DNA of 64,000 nt from the human T2T-CHM13v2.0 reference genome, Homo sapiens. The notes beneath the pieces are model-generated. The model ran no database searches. It was not told where the DNA came from and saw only the letters and a program-made list of their open reading frames with translations. Positions 29,716 through 41,600 of this stretch are shown here, one piece after another. The stretch is from the NCBI RefSeq assembly GCF_009914755.1, contig NC_060932.1. The stretch is one strand, 5' to 3'. The position numbers were made by a program, and so were the translations under genes. Every line of letters starts with the position of its first letter. Within the stretch, counting starts at the first letter, position 1.

Positions 29716-30315
29716 TGTGGTAGGCAGAATGCTAGGATGGCCTCAGAGATTTCCTCTGCCTCAACTCCCCATGGCTGTGCAATCCCTGGGACTGTGAATA
29801 TGATGGATTCTATTCTGTGATTAGGTATGTCACATGGCACAGTTGACTTTAAGGTAGAGAGATTATCTATATAGGCCTGACCTAACCATAAAGGCTCTTT
29901 CTTTGGCTGGTCATAGAAGAGGAAGTGAGAGACTTGAAGCATTTGGTGCACTGTCACTAGCTTAAAGACGGAGGAAGCCAAGTGGCAAAAAAATGTGAAC
30001 ATTGTCTAGGGGCTGAAAGCAGACTCTGCCTGTCAGCCAGAAAGGAAATGGGAGCTGACATCACTGCAAAAACACCAAAATTCTGCTAATTACAAGAACG
30101 AACATGGGAGTGAACTTTTCTTTAGAGCCTAGACAAGAAGTCAGGAGGTGTGTATCAGCCAACATCTTGATTTTGGCCATATGATACCCTGATCAGAGAA
30201 CCCATCTGTGTCATGCCAGACCTCTGACCTGAAGATGAATGCTCTAATAAGAGGGTACTGTTTTAATATGCTAAGTTCGTGATACTTTGTTACATGGGAA
30301 TATAAAGCTAACACA
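29716..30315 (+). mobile_element. MLT1E-like MaLR solo LTR
   Basis: TG...CA ends (tgtggtaggcagaat ... ctaacaca). Perfect 5-bp TSD gagca at 29711-29715 and 30316-30320. Confidence 0.9.
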
Positions 30316-30360
30316 GAGCATAAAATCATATTTTATGAAACATGTAAGTAGGAAATTTTA

Positions 30361-32389
30361 GGGGTTAATTCAGCAAGAGTATACAACAATTATATATTCA
30401 CCGAACACTGGAGCACCCAGATATATAAAGCAAATATTATTAGAGCTGAAGAGAGAGATTGATCCCAACACAATAATAGCTGCAGGCTTCAACACCCCAC
30501 TTTCAGCAATGGACAGATCTTCCAGACAGAAAATCAACAAAGAAATATTGGACTTAATCTGTGCTATAGACCAAATGGACCTAATAGATATTTACAGAAA
30601 ATTTCATCCAACAGCTGCAGAATACACATTCTTTTCCTCAGCACATGATCTATTCTCAAGAATAGACCGTATGTTGGGTCACAAAACAAGTCTTAGCACA
30701 TTCAAAAAAAATTGAAATAATATCAAGCATCTTCTCTGACCACAATGAAATAAATCTGAATATCAATAAGAAGAATTTTGGAAACTAACAAACACATGGA
30801 AATTAAACAATATGCTCCCGCATGACCAGTGGGTCAATGAAGACATTAAGAGGGAAATTTAAAAATTTATTGAAACAAATGATAAAGGAAACACAACATA
30901 CCAAAATCTATGGAATACAGGGAAAGCAGTACTGACAGGGAAGCTTATAGCTGTAAGTGCCTACATCACAAAAGAAGAAAAACTTCAAGTAAACAACCTT
31001 ATGATGCATCTTAAAGAACTAGGAAAGCCAGGAGCAAACCAAACCCAAAATAAGTAGAAGAAATAATAAAGATTGAACAGAAATAAATGAATTTGAAATG
31101 AAGAAAATGATAGGATCAACAAAACAAAAATTTAGTTTTTGAAAGATAAAAAAAATAGACAAACCTTTAGCCAGACTAAGAAAAAAGAGAGAAGACCCAA
31201 GTAAACAAAATTAGAGATGAAAAAGGAGACATTATAACTGATACCATAGAAATTCAAAGGATCATTAGTGGCTACTATGAGCAACTATATGCCAGTACAT
31301 TAGAAATTCTAGAAGAAATGGATAAATTCCTAGACACATGCAGCCTACCAAGATTGAACCAGGAAGAAATCCAAAACCTGAATTGACTAATAACAAGTAA
31401 CAAAATTGAAGCTGTAATAAAGTCTCCCAGCAAAGAAAAGCCTGTCACCCAATGGCGTCATTGCTAAATTCTACCGAACATTTAAAGAAGAACTAATACC
31501 AATCTTAAACCATTCTGAAAAATAGAGGAGAAGGGAACACATTCAGTCTCATTCTATGAGGCCAGTATTACCCTGATACCAAAACCAGACAAAGACACAT
31601 CAAAAAAAGAAAACTGCATGCCAGTGTCACTGATAAATATTGGTGCAAAAATCCTCAACAAAATGCTAGAAAACTGTTCAACAACACAAATAAAAAGATC
31701 ATTCATCATGACCAAGTGGGGTTTATGTCAGGTATGCAAGGATGGTTCAACATTTGAAAATCAATTCATATAATACATTATATCAACAGAATGCTGGACA
31801 AAAACCATATGATTATTTCAATTGATGCTGAAAAAATATTTGATAAAATTCTACATCCTTCATGATAAAAACCTAAGTGTCCATCAACAGATGATCAGAT
31901 GAAGAAAATGTGGTACATATACACAATAGAGGTCATTATGTTAAGTGAAATAAGTCAGGCACAGAAAGACAAACTTCACATGTTCTCACTGATTTGTGGG
32001 AACTAAAAATTAAAATAATTGAACTGATGGAGATATTGCATGGAAGTTTTGTTACCAGAGGCTGGGAAGCATAGTGGGAGGTTGGCAGTAGGTTGTGGGG
32101 ATGGTTAATGGGTACAAAAAATAGTTAGAAAGAATGAATAAGACCTAGTATTTGTTAGCACATCAGGGTGACTATAGTCAAAAATAATTTAATTATATGT
32201 TTTAAAATAACTAAAGATTATAATTGGATGTTTGTAACACAAAGGATAAAAGCTTGAGGTGATGGGTACCCTATTTACCCTGATGTGATTATGATACATT
32301 GCATGTCTGTATCAAAATATCTCATGTAACCCATAAATATATACATGTATTATGTACCCACAAAAATCAAAACAAAATTTACAAAAAAG
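30361..32389 (+). mobile_element. L1MA2-like element, 5'-truncated, with a ~1.8-kb internal deletion
   Basis: EN-to-RT ORF2 sequence up to 31872, then a jump to the QPKCPS region. The 3'UTR has gaatgaataagacctagtatttg...cagggtgactatagtc. Confidence 0.88.
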
Positions 32390-33063
32390 CAAAGTGAGAA
32401 TGTGGCTTTATATGAGCTTAACAGAAGTAGACTAAAATATTATCATGACACTTGAGTGTTCGTGCCTTGAGAGTCTAGAGAATATTACTAATTCATAGAT
32501 CCTCTCAAACAAGTGAAAATTTTGCCCTAAATTGACCACCTGATGCTAACATGGAGTGGGTCACCATGCTTGCCCCCAGCTCTTAATCAGTTTACTTAAA
32601 GATTATATATATTTAAGATGTACAATTTGATGTTTTGTTATATATATACCCTGTGAAATAATCACCACAATGAAGCTAATTAACATACCCATCACTTCAC
32701 ATGTTTACCTTATTTGTTTTTTGAGGGATGAGAATACTTAGGATCTGTCTACCCTATTAGCATATTTTGAGTATACAGTACAGTATACTTATTCATCAAT
32801 AGACCTTTACATTGTTTCCATATCTTGGCTATTGTGAATAATGCTGTAATGAACATGGGAATGCAGGTATTTCTTTGAGATCCTGATTTCAATTCGTTTG
32901 GATATATACCCAGAAGTAAGATATCTGGGTCACATGATAGTTTTATTTTTAATTTTTTCAGGAATTTCCATACTGTTTTTCATAATGGCTGTACCAATTT
33001 ACATTTCCACCAACAGTGTACCAGGGTTCCCTTTTATCCACATACTTGCCAACACTTGCCACC

Positions 33064-33365
33064 TTTATTTTTTGGCGGGGAAGTGGGGGGACGGAGTCTC
33101 GCTCTGTGGCCCAAGCTGGAGTGCTGTGGCACAATCTCGGCTTACTGCAACCTCCGACTCCCTGGTTCAAGTGATTCTCCTGCCTCAGCCTCCTGAGTAG
33201 CGGGATTACAGGCATCTGCCACCACGCCCAGCTAATTTTTGTATTTTTAGTAAAGACGGGGTTTCACCATGCTGGCCAGGATGGTCTTGATCTCCTGACC
33301 TCGTGATCTTCCACCTTGGCCTCCCAAAGTGCTGGGAATACAGGCGTGAGCCACCACACCCGGCC
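33064..33365 (-). mobile_element. AluSc-like
   Basis: Reverse-strand Alu with ggccaggatggtcttgatctcctgacctcgtgatc. A G-rich patch lies between the T-tail and the body. Confidence 0.93.
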
Positions 33366-34119
33366 CCTTTTGTATTTTTTAATAGTAGCCATCCTAACAG
33401 GTGTGAAATGGTATCTCTTTGTGATTTTGATTTGCATTTCCCTGATGATTAGTGATGTTGAGTGCTTCTTCATAAAACTATTGGCCATTTGTAAGTCATC
33501 TTTGGAAAAATGTCTAGGATCTATCTACCCTCTTAGCAGATTTCAAGTATACAGTACAGTATTGTTACCTGTAGTCACCATACTATACATGAACGCTCCA
33601 GAACTTATCTTCCATAATTGAAACTGTATCCTTGACCAACATCTCCTCATTGCCCCCTCCTCCAGCCCCTGGTAACCACCATTCTCTTCTCTGTCTCTTT
33701 AAATTTGACAAGTTTAGATTCCACATATAAGTGAGATAATACATTATTTGTCTTTCTGTCCAAAAATGTCCAAAGATATTTTACCTGTTTTTACATCAGG
33801 TATTCTTCTGTTTGTTGCTATTGAGTTGTATGAGTTCCTTATATGTTTGGTATATTAACCCCTTATCATACATATGGCTTACAAATATTTGCTCTCCTTC
33901 CACAGGTTGCTTTTTCATTTTGTTTGTTGTTTCCTTTGCTGTGAAGAAGCTTTTTAGTTTGATGCAGTTCCATTCATTTAATTTTGCTTTTATTGCTTCT
34001 GCTTTTAGTGTCATATCCAAAAATCTTGCTAAGAACAAAGTCAAGGAATGTTTCCCTGTGTTTTCTTCTATGAGTTTTACAGTTTTCTGTCTGGGATTTA
34101 AGTCTTTTCATCCATTTTG

Positions 34120-35251
34120 TTTGCTTATTTATTTAATAGAGAAAAATTGTATATACTTATGGTATATAAATGCTTTGATATATGTATATGTTTTGGAATA
34201 GCTATTATAAGCTAATTGACATATGAGTTACTGCATATACTTACTTTTTGTGATGAGAGCACTTAAAACTACTCTTTTAGGAATTTCCAATCATACAATA
34301 TATGGTTATAAACTATAGTCACCATGATGTACCATAGATCTCTTGAACTTATTCTTCCTGTCTAACTGAAATTTTGTATCCATTGACCAACATCTCCCCA
34401 GTCTCTTCACTCCCCAGCATCTGGTAACTGTAATTCTACTCTCTGCTTCTGTGAGTTCTAATTATTAAAATTTCTTATATAACTGAAATAATACAGTATT
34501 TGTCTTTCTGTGCCTGACTTATTTCACTTAATAGAATGTCCTCCGGATTCATCCATGTTTTAGCAATTGACAGCATTTTCTTCTTTTTAAATGCTGAATA
34601 GTATTTCATTGTGTATATGTACCACTCTTTTTTATCCATTCACAAATCGATGAGCACTTAGGTTAGTTTAATCTCTTAGCTTTTGTGAGTAATGCTATAA
34701 TGAACTCAGGAGTGCAGTTATCTCTTCAACACACTGATTTTATATCCTTCAGATATATACCCAGAAATGGGACTGGTGTATCATATGATAGTCCTATTTT
34801 CAATTTTTTGAGGGAACCAGAGTACAGTTTCCAATCTTAGCTAATTTACATTCTCACTAGCCATGTATGAGGGTTCCTTTTTTTTCCCACATCCTTGCCA
34901 ATACTTGTTATGATTCATATTTTTGATAATAGCCATTCTAACAGGCGTGAGGTAATATCTCTTCATGGTTTTAATTGGTTCTCCCTGATAGTTAGTGACG
35001 TTGAGCCTGTAATTACATTAAACTAAAACGTTTCTGCATAGCAAAGGAAACAATCAATATGGTAAAGAGAGAAAACTGATGGAATGGGAGAAAATATTTG
35101 CGAACTATACATCTGATAAAGAGTTAATATTCAAAATATATAAAGAACTCAACTCAATAGCAGGGAAACAACCTGATTTTTCAAAAGGAAAAAGACATTT
35201 TTCAAAAGAAGACAAATAAATAGCCAACAGGTATATGGAAAAAATGTGTGA
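34120..35251 (-). mobile_element. Nested 5'-inverted L1MA (3' end 34120-35006 on minus; inverted piece 35007-35246 on plus)
   Basis: A second L1MA 3'UTR with a strand switch at ~35007. The host motif is duplicated as atccattttg (34110-34119) and atctatttcg (35252-35261). Confidence 0.82.
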
Positions 35252-38200
35252 ATCTATTTCGAATTTATTTTTGTGTATGGTGGAAGACAAGGGTCCAATT
35301 TCATTATTTTGCATGAGGATATCCAGTTTTCTCAACAACATTTATTGAAGAGACTAATGTTACTCCATTGTATAGTCTTATAGCCCTTGTTGAAGATTAG
35401 TTGACTGTTTATGCCTGGATTTATTTCTGGTCTCTCTATTTTGTTCCATTGGTCTATGTGTCTGTTTGTATGCCCAGACGATACTGCATTGATTAGTACA
35501 GCTTTGTAATATAAATTGAAATCACATAATGTGATGCTTCCACCTTTGTTCTTCTTGCTTAAGATTGTTTTAGCTATTTGGGGTCTTCTGTAGTACCATA
35601 AGAATTTTAGAATTTTTTTTCCATTTCTGTAGAAAATGCCATTGGAATTTTGATAGAGATTGCATTGAATCTGAAGATAGCTTTGAGGAATGTGGACATT
35701 TTAACAATATTAATTCTTTGCATTCATGAACATATCTTTCCATTTATTTGTGTCTTCTTCAATTACTTTTATCAATGTCTTACAGCTTCTGTTTAGATTC
35801 TTCATCTTGGTTAAATTTATTCTTAAGTATTCTTTTTGATACTGTTATAAATGGGCCAGCGTTCTTAATTTCTTTTTGGATAGTTCATTTTTAGTATAGA
35901 AACACTACCGATATTTGTATGCTGATTTTGTAAACTGCAACTTTACTGAATTTGTTTATTAGTGCTAACAATTTTTGGTGGAGTCTTTAGGATTTTCTAA
36001 GTATGTAATGATGTCATCTTCAAACGGATAATTTTACTTACTCCTTTTCAACTTGGATGCTTTTAATTTCCTTGCTGCTTAATTACTCTGCCTAGGACTT
36101 CTAGTAGTGTGTTGAATAGAAGTGAAAAAGGGGCATCTTTGTGTTCCTGAGCTTCAAGGAAAGGCTTTCAGCTTTTCTCTCCCAAATTTGTTGAGAGTTT
36201 TTTTTTTAAATCATAAAATAATTTCAAATTTTGTCAAATTCTTTTTCTGCATTCATTAAGATTGTAAGATTTTTGTCTTTCCTTCTGTTAATGTGGCATA
36301 TCACATTTATTGATTGTTGAACCATTCTTGCATCCCAGGGATGAATCCCAGTTGATCGTGTGTATGATCCTTTTTATGTGCTATTAAATTCAATTTGCTC
36401 ATATTTTGTCAAGAATTTTTGCATCTATGTTAATCGGGAAGACTAACTTATGGTTTTGTTTTCTTGGAGAGTCCTTGCCTGGCTTTGGTATCAGGGTAAT
36501 GCTGGCCCCATAAAGTGAGTTTGGAGGTTTTCCCTCCTCTTCAGTTTTATGGAAGTGTTTAATAAGGATGAGTGTTAATTCTTTAAATGTTTGGTAGAAT
36601 TCACCAGTGAGGTCATATGATCCTAGGCTTTTCTTTTTGGGGAGATTTTTGATTACCGATTCAACCTATTTTCTATTGCTTGATTTAATCTTGGTTGCTT
36701 ATGTTTTTCTGGGTATTTATTTGTTTATTTCTAGGTTATCCAATTTGTTGTCCTGTAATAGTTCTTATAGGATAATACATTGTCTTAGACACTTATAATT
36801 CTTTGTATTATTATAATTATTATTTTAATTATTTGTATTATAGACACATTTCTGTGGTATTGGTTGTAGTGTCTCCTCTTTCATTTATAATTTTATTTAT
36901 TTGAGTTATCTCCTTTTTTTCTTAAGCTAGCTGAGGTTTGTCAATTTTGCTTATTTTTTTCAAAAAACCAACTGTTACTTTTATTGATCTATTGCTTTTC
37001 TAGGTTTCATTTTATTTATTTCTGCTTTGATCTTTATTATTTCCTTCCTCCTGCTCACTTTGGGCTTAGTTTGTTCTTTTTAAACTCCCTTGAGGTACAA
37101 AATTATGTTGTTTGAGATCTTTCTGTTTTCTTCATGTAAGCATTTGGCATTTTCCTTTAGAACTGCTTTTGCTGCATCCCATATGTTTTAGTATGTTCTG
37201 TGTCCATTTTTGTTTGTCTCAAGATATTACCTGGTTTTCCTTTTTGATTTCTTCCTTGACCCATTAGTTGTTTAGGAGTGTGTTAATTTCCAAGTATTTG
37301 GAATTTTTCAATTTTCTTTGCTACTGATTTCTGGTTTCATACTACTGGGGAAGGAACATTTGTTTCATACCATTGTTAGAAAATCTTAGTCTTACAATTT
37401 TAGTCTTCTAAAAGTTGTTAATTTTTTTTGTTTCCTAACATATGATATATCCTGGAGAATGTTCTGTTTGTGGTTGATAAAATGTGTATTTTGTTGCTGT
37501 TGGATAGAATGTTTTGCCTATGACTGCTAGGTCTATTGGGTGTTGTTGTTCAAGTCTGCTGTTTTATTATTGATTTTCTGTCTGGATGATCTATCCATTA
37601 CTGAAAGGAGGATATTGAAGTCCCCAACCATTATTATCTTTCATTTGGTCTCTCTTTTCAGATCTATTAATATTTGGTTTATATATTTTGGTGCAACAAT
37701 GTTAGGTGCATACGTACTCATAATTTTTATATTCTCTTGATTAATTGACTTGTTACCATTTATATAGTGACCTTCTTTGTCTCTTTTTACAAAAAACCTA
37801 TTTTGTCTTAGAATAGCTCCCCTCCTCTACTTTGGTTACTATTTGTTTGAAATATATACACTTTTGCATCCATTCACTTTCAGCCAAATGTGTGTCCCTA
37901 AAGGTAAAGTGAGTTTCTAGTATGCAATATATTGTTGAGTCTTATTTTTTATCCATTTATCTACTTTGTGTCTTTTGATTGGAAAATGTAATCCATTGAC
38001 ATTTAAAATAAGTGTTGATAACTAAATACTTATTATTGCTATTTTGTTAGTTGTTTTTCAAATGTTTTATTGTTTGTTCCTTTCTCTCTAGCTGTCTTCC
38101 TTTTTGAGTTCATGATTTTTTTTTGTAGTGTTCTGCTTTGATTCCTTTCTTATTTTTTGTGTATCTACTAAAAGGTTTCTCTTTGTGATTACCGTTTATA

Positions 38201-38296
38201 ATTCTTTGTGATTGCCATTTTATAATTACAAAATGTTTATATAATGTTTATAATGTTATAAAATGTTTGTTTAAACATTTTATAATTATAGCAGAC

Positions 38297-38666
38297 TGAT
38301 ATGGTCTGGATTTATGTCCTTGTCCAAATCTCATGTTGAATTGGAAGAGGGGCCTGGTGGGAGGTGATTAGATCATGGGGGTGGATTTCTCCTTTGCTGT
38401 TCTCATGATAGTAAGTGAGTCCTCATAAGAGATGATGGTTTAAAATTGTGCGGCAGTTCCCCGTTTGCTCTCTTTCTCTTCTGCTCCACCATGGTAAGAT
38501 GTGTTTGCTTCCTCTTTGCCTTCCACCATGATTATAAGTTTCCTGAGGCCTGATAGTCATGCTTCCAGATAAGTCTGTGGAACTGTGAGTCAATTAAACC
38601 TCTTTTCTTTATAAATTACCCAGTCTCAGGTAGTTTTTTATAGCAGTGTGAAAATGGACTAATACA
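38297..38666 (+). mobile_element. MSTA-like MaLR solo LTR
   Basis: tgatatggtctgga...ccaaatctcatgttgaa...aaatggactaataca. TSD cagac/tagac at 38292-38296 and 38667-38671. Confidence 0.92.
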
Positions 38667-39197
38667 TAGACTATTTTAAACTGGTAAAAACTTTGATTTC
38701 ACACAAAACTCTGTTTTTATTACCCCCCTCTCCAACACACACATTTGAAATTGTCGATGTCACTATTTAAAATAATATATATTCATTAACACATTATTGT
38801 GACTATAGTTATTTTTAGATATTTCTATCTTTAAACTTTTATGCTATCATTAAAAGTGATTTATGCACCACCATTACAGTATGAAGTATTCTGAATTTGA
38901 CTATATACTTACCTTTACTAGTCAGTTTTATACTTTTATATATTTTCATATTGCTATTTAGTTTCCTTTATTGGAACGTGAAGAACTCCCTTCAGCATTT
39001 CTTGTAAGGTAGATCTAGTGGTGATGAATTCCCTCAGCTTTCATTATCTGGAAAAGTCTTTATCTTCCTTCATTTCTGAAGGACAGCTTTGCCAGGTAAA
39101 GCATGCTTGGTTAGCAGGGTTTTTTTTTCCTTCATCACTTTGAATATATCATCCCACTCCTAGCCTGGAAGGTTTATGCTGAGAAATCTGCTGATAG

Positions 39198-39975
39198 TGA
39201 TACACGAGTGGGGCAGGGAAGTACTGGGTAGAGAAAGACGGGGTCCCTGGTGAGGGCTCCACCCTCGGGCCTGTGCCCATGGACCTAAATGAGGATAGGC
39301 ACTCCTGTTTTTGTGCCCAAATGTTGCATTTTCCAAGACCACTCTGGCCCACCATGCCCCCCATCCTGTGCCTATAAAAACCCGGAGACCCTAGCAGGCA
39401 CAGACACAAGTGGCTGGATGTTGAGAGGAACACACCGGCAGAAGAACACACCAATAGACACCGGCAGGCCATCGATGGTGGAACGATGCAGATGCCGAGG
39501 GAAATTTGGCTGAGGGCAGTTGGAGGAGTGGCTGCTGAGTGGCCCGACTCCAGGGGAGGATCACCTTCCCACTCCATCCCCCCATCCATCTGCTGAGAGC
39601 TACTTCCAGCACTCAATAAAACCTTACACTCATTCTCCAAGCCCACATGTGATCTGATTTTTCGGGTACACTAGGGCAAGAACCCCAGGATACAGAAAAC
39701 CCTGTGTCCTTGCAATAAGGCAGAGGGTCTAATTGAGCTGATTAACATAAGCTCAATGGCTTGTTGGATGGCTAAGCTGAAAGAGCACAGTGCAAAACAC
39801 ACCCTCTGGGGCTTCAGGAGCTATAAACACTCAACCCTAGACGCTGCTGTGGGGTCAGAGCCCACGCTCCCCATGACTTGCCCATAGGGGTTTGAGCTGT
39901 GGGGCACTGAAGAAGTGAGCCACACCCCCATCGCATGCCCCCTGGGATGGGTAAGAGAAAACTCCTCCCATTTCA
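39198..39975 (+). mobile_element. LTR1-family (ERV1) solo LTR
   Basis: TGATAC...TTTCA ends, TATAAAA at 39373, AATAAA at 39615. Perfect 4-bp TSD atag at 39194-39197 and 39976-39979. Confidence 0.88.
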
Positions 39976-41299
39976 ATAGTCTTATGAGTTTCTCCGTTGG
40001 CTGCAATGTGTCTTGGTGAATATCTCTTGTTCAGTCTATTTTTGGTTCTATGGATATCAAAGTTATGAATGTTAATTTGTCTCCCAGACTTGAGAAGTTT
40101 TCTGTCACTATTTTTTAAAGTAAGTCTTCCTCCCCTTTCTCTTTCCCTGTCCTTTCTGGCACGGTCATATTGCTCATGTTGTTTTATTTGATGTTATCTC
40201 ATAAGTCATGTGGGCACAGAGTTATTTACATCCATGGATGACTGTAAAAATTGATGTTTCTATGAAGGTATAAGGACTAGAATCTCCCAATATACCACCT
40301 TGCAGAATCTCTATTCCTGAATTTAGATAAATGAATGGAAAGTCACAAAGGAATTCATATGTACAGACATACCAAGTTCCTGGAAGCACTTATTCTGTTC
40401 ATAATCATCACTCATTGATTTTTTTTTGCTTTTTTCTTAAAATAGTCATATTGCATAGACAACCAGGACCTACTCATTATGTTTAGCACCTTACTTTGGC
40501 ATGTCCCTCAGTTTGTTCATCAGTTGAGTTGAAAGTTCTCCTTACTTTTTTTCCTGATAGGCTTTCTTAATATTCAAAACATTTGTTATAGAACTTAAAA
40601 GGATTTTTCTGATATGTTGTTATTCATAGGCAGACAGTGTAAAGCTTAACCATGATTCCAGTAAGAGAAACTGAGAGCAGCAGGATGGTTTGTAGCATGT
40701 TCATATGAAATTTTTTTATCATTTTTAAGAAATTCAGCCTCAGGAGGACTGTCACCCCATGGAGAAATATGGCATGAATAATGGCAATGTTACTAAGCAT
40801 AGCACCTTGTGCCTGAAAGCAACATCAGTGTCATTTAATCTAGACTTTGTTGACAACACAAAGACAGCATGAGTACTACTTATCTCTCCTCCTAAATTCC
40901 TTATGGGTCCTTCTAATCATGCAACACTGTTTCCCACTAACTCTAGACATAGACTCAGACTATTTCTCAACATAGTGTTCTAGAAAGTTAATAATAATAT
41001 TTTGAGATTGCCTCAAAATTAAATTAGTATGTCATCCATAGTCTGCCTGAATCACCCAAGATAGATTCTATCTCTTCTTCTGTAGATTAAATTGATTATC
41101 ATCTCATTCTCATCTAGGCCTGAGGACAGGAGTGGAGCTCCACAAAGAGACACGAATGTTATTATTATAATTTTTAAACACAAAGGCATATATATATATA
41201 TAAATGCTTAAAAGACATTTCCTCGGACCAGCTATATATTGGAATCCCCAAATTTTGGGTAAGGCTGAGAATTCCTGGATAGATTCACTCAGAATCCCC

Positions 41300-41600
41300 G
41301 AAAATTAAGTTTAGATCAAACAACTGCCAAGAGAGTGCAAAACTGATTAAAGAGTTATTCACAGTGATTTATCAATGGTTTTTCTATCAACTAAAAGGCA
41401 CAACTGATTACAGTGTTATTCATAGTGATTTATCAGTGGTTTTCCATCAACTAAAAGGCAGAGGAGATCAGGTGTAATTCTACTGGAGCTAGTCCTACTA
41501 GTTTGAGTCATGACTAATGAGATAGGATGGAATATACTCATTAAATTTACAATTGGTAAGTTGTCTAGGACCTTACATAACTGCATTAATAATCAGAAAG
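41300..41600 (+). mobile_element. L3/CR1-like remnant
   Basis: agtgattt.atcaatgg...tcaact...ctagtcct...aatga...actcattaaatttaca resembles the CR1 RT region. Confidence 0.45.
41341..41460 (+). repeat. Diverged ~60-bp tandem duplication
   Basis: aactgatta...agtgatttatca.tgg...atcaactaaaaggca occurs at 41341-41400 and 41402-41460. Confidence 0.92.

Larger units (their letters stand above)
32600..40210 (-). mobile_element. Long L1MA8/9-age element, fragmented by an Alu, an L1MA, MSTA and LTR1
   Basis: 3'UTR at 32600, colinear ORF2 remnants to ~38050, and an ORF1 remnant at ~38980-40210. The host sequence rejoins across each insert's TSD. Confidence 0.82.

Noticed and set aside
36780-38290. AT-rich local repeats at 36786-36847 and 38181-38290
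   Set aside because: They are low-complexity slippage products inside an old L1.
39149-39646. 165-aa ORF and overlapping ORFs
   Set aside because: They lie within a GC-rich LTR1, where stops are scarce, and show no recognisable domain.
41341-41460. Direct repeats as a CRISPR-like array
   Set aside because: Two adjacent units with no spacers, no cas genes, in eukaryotic DNA.
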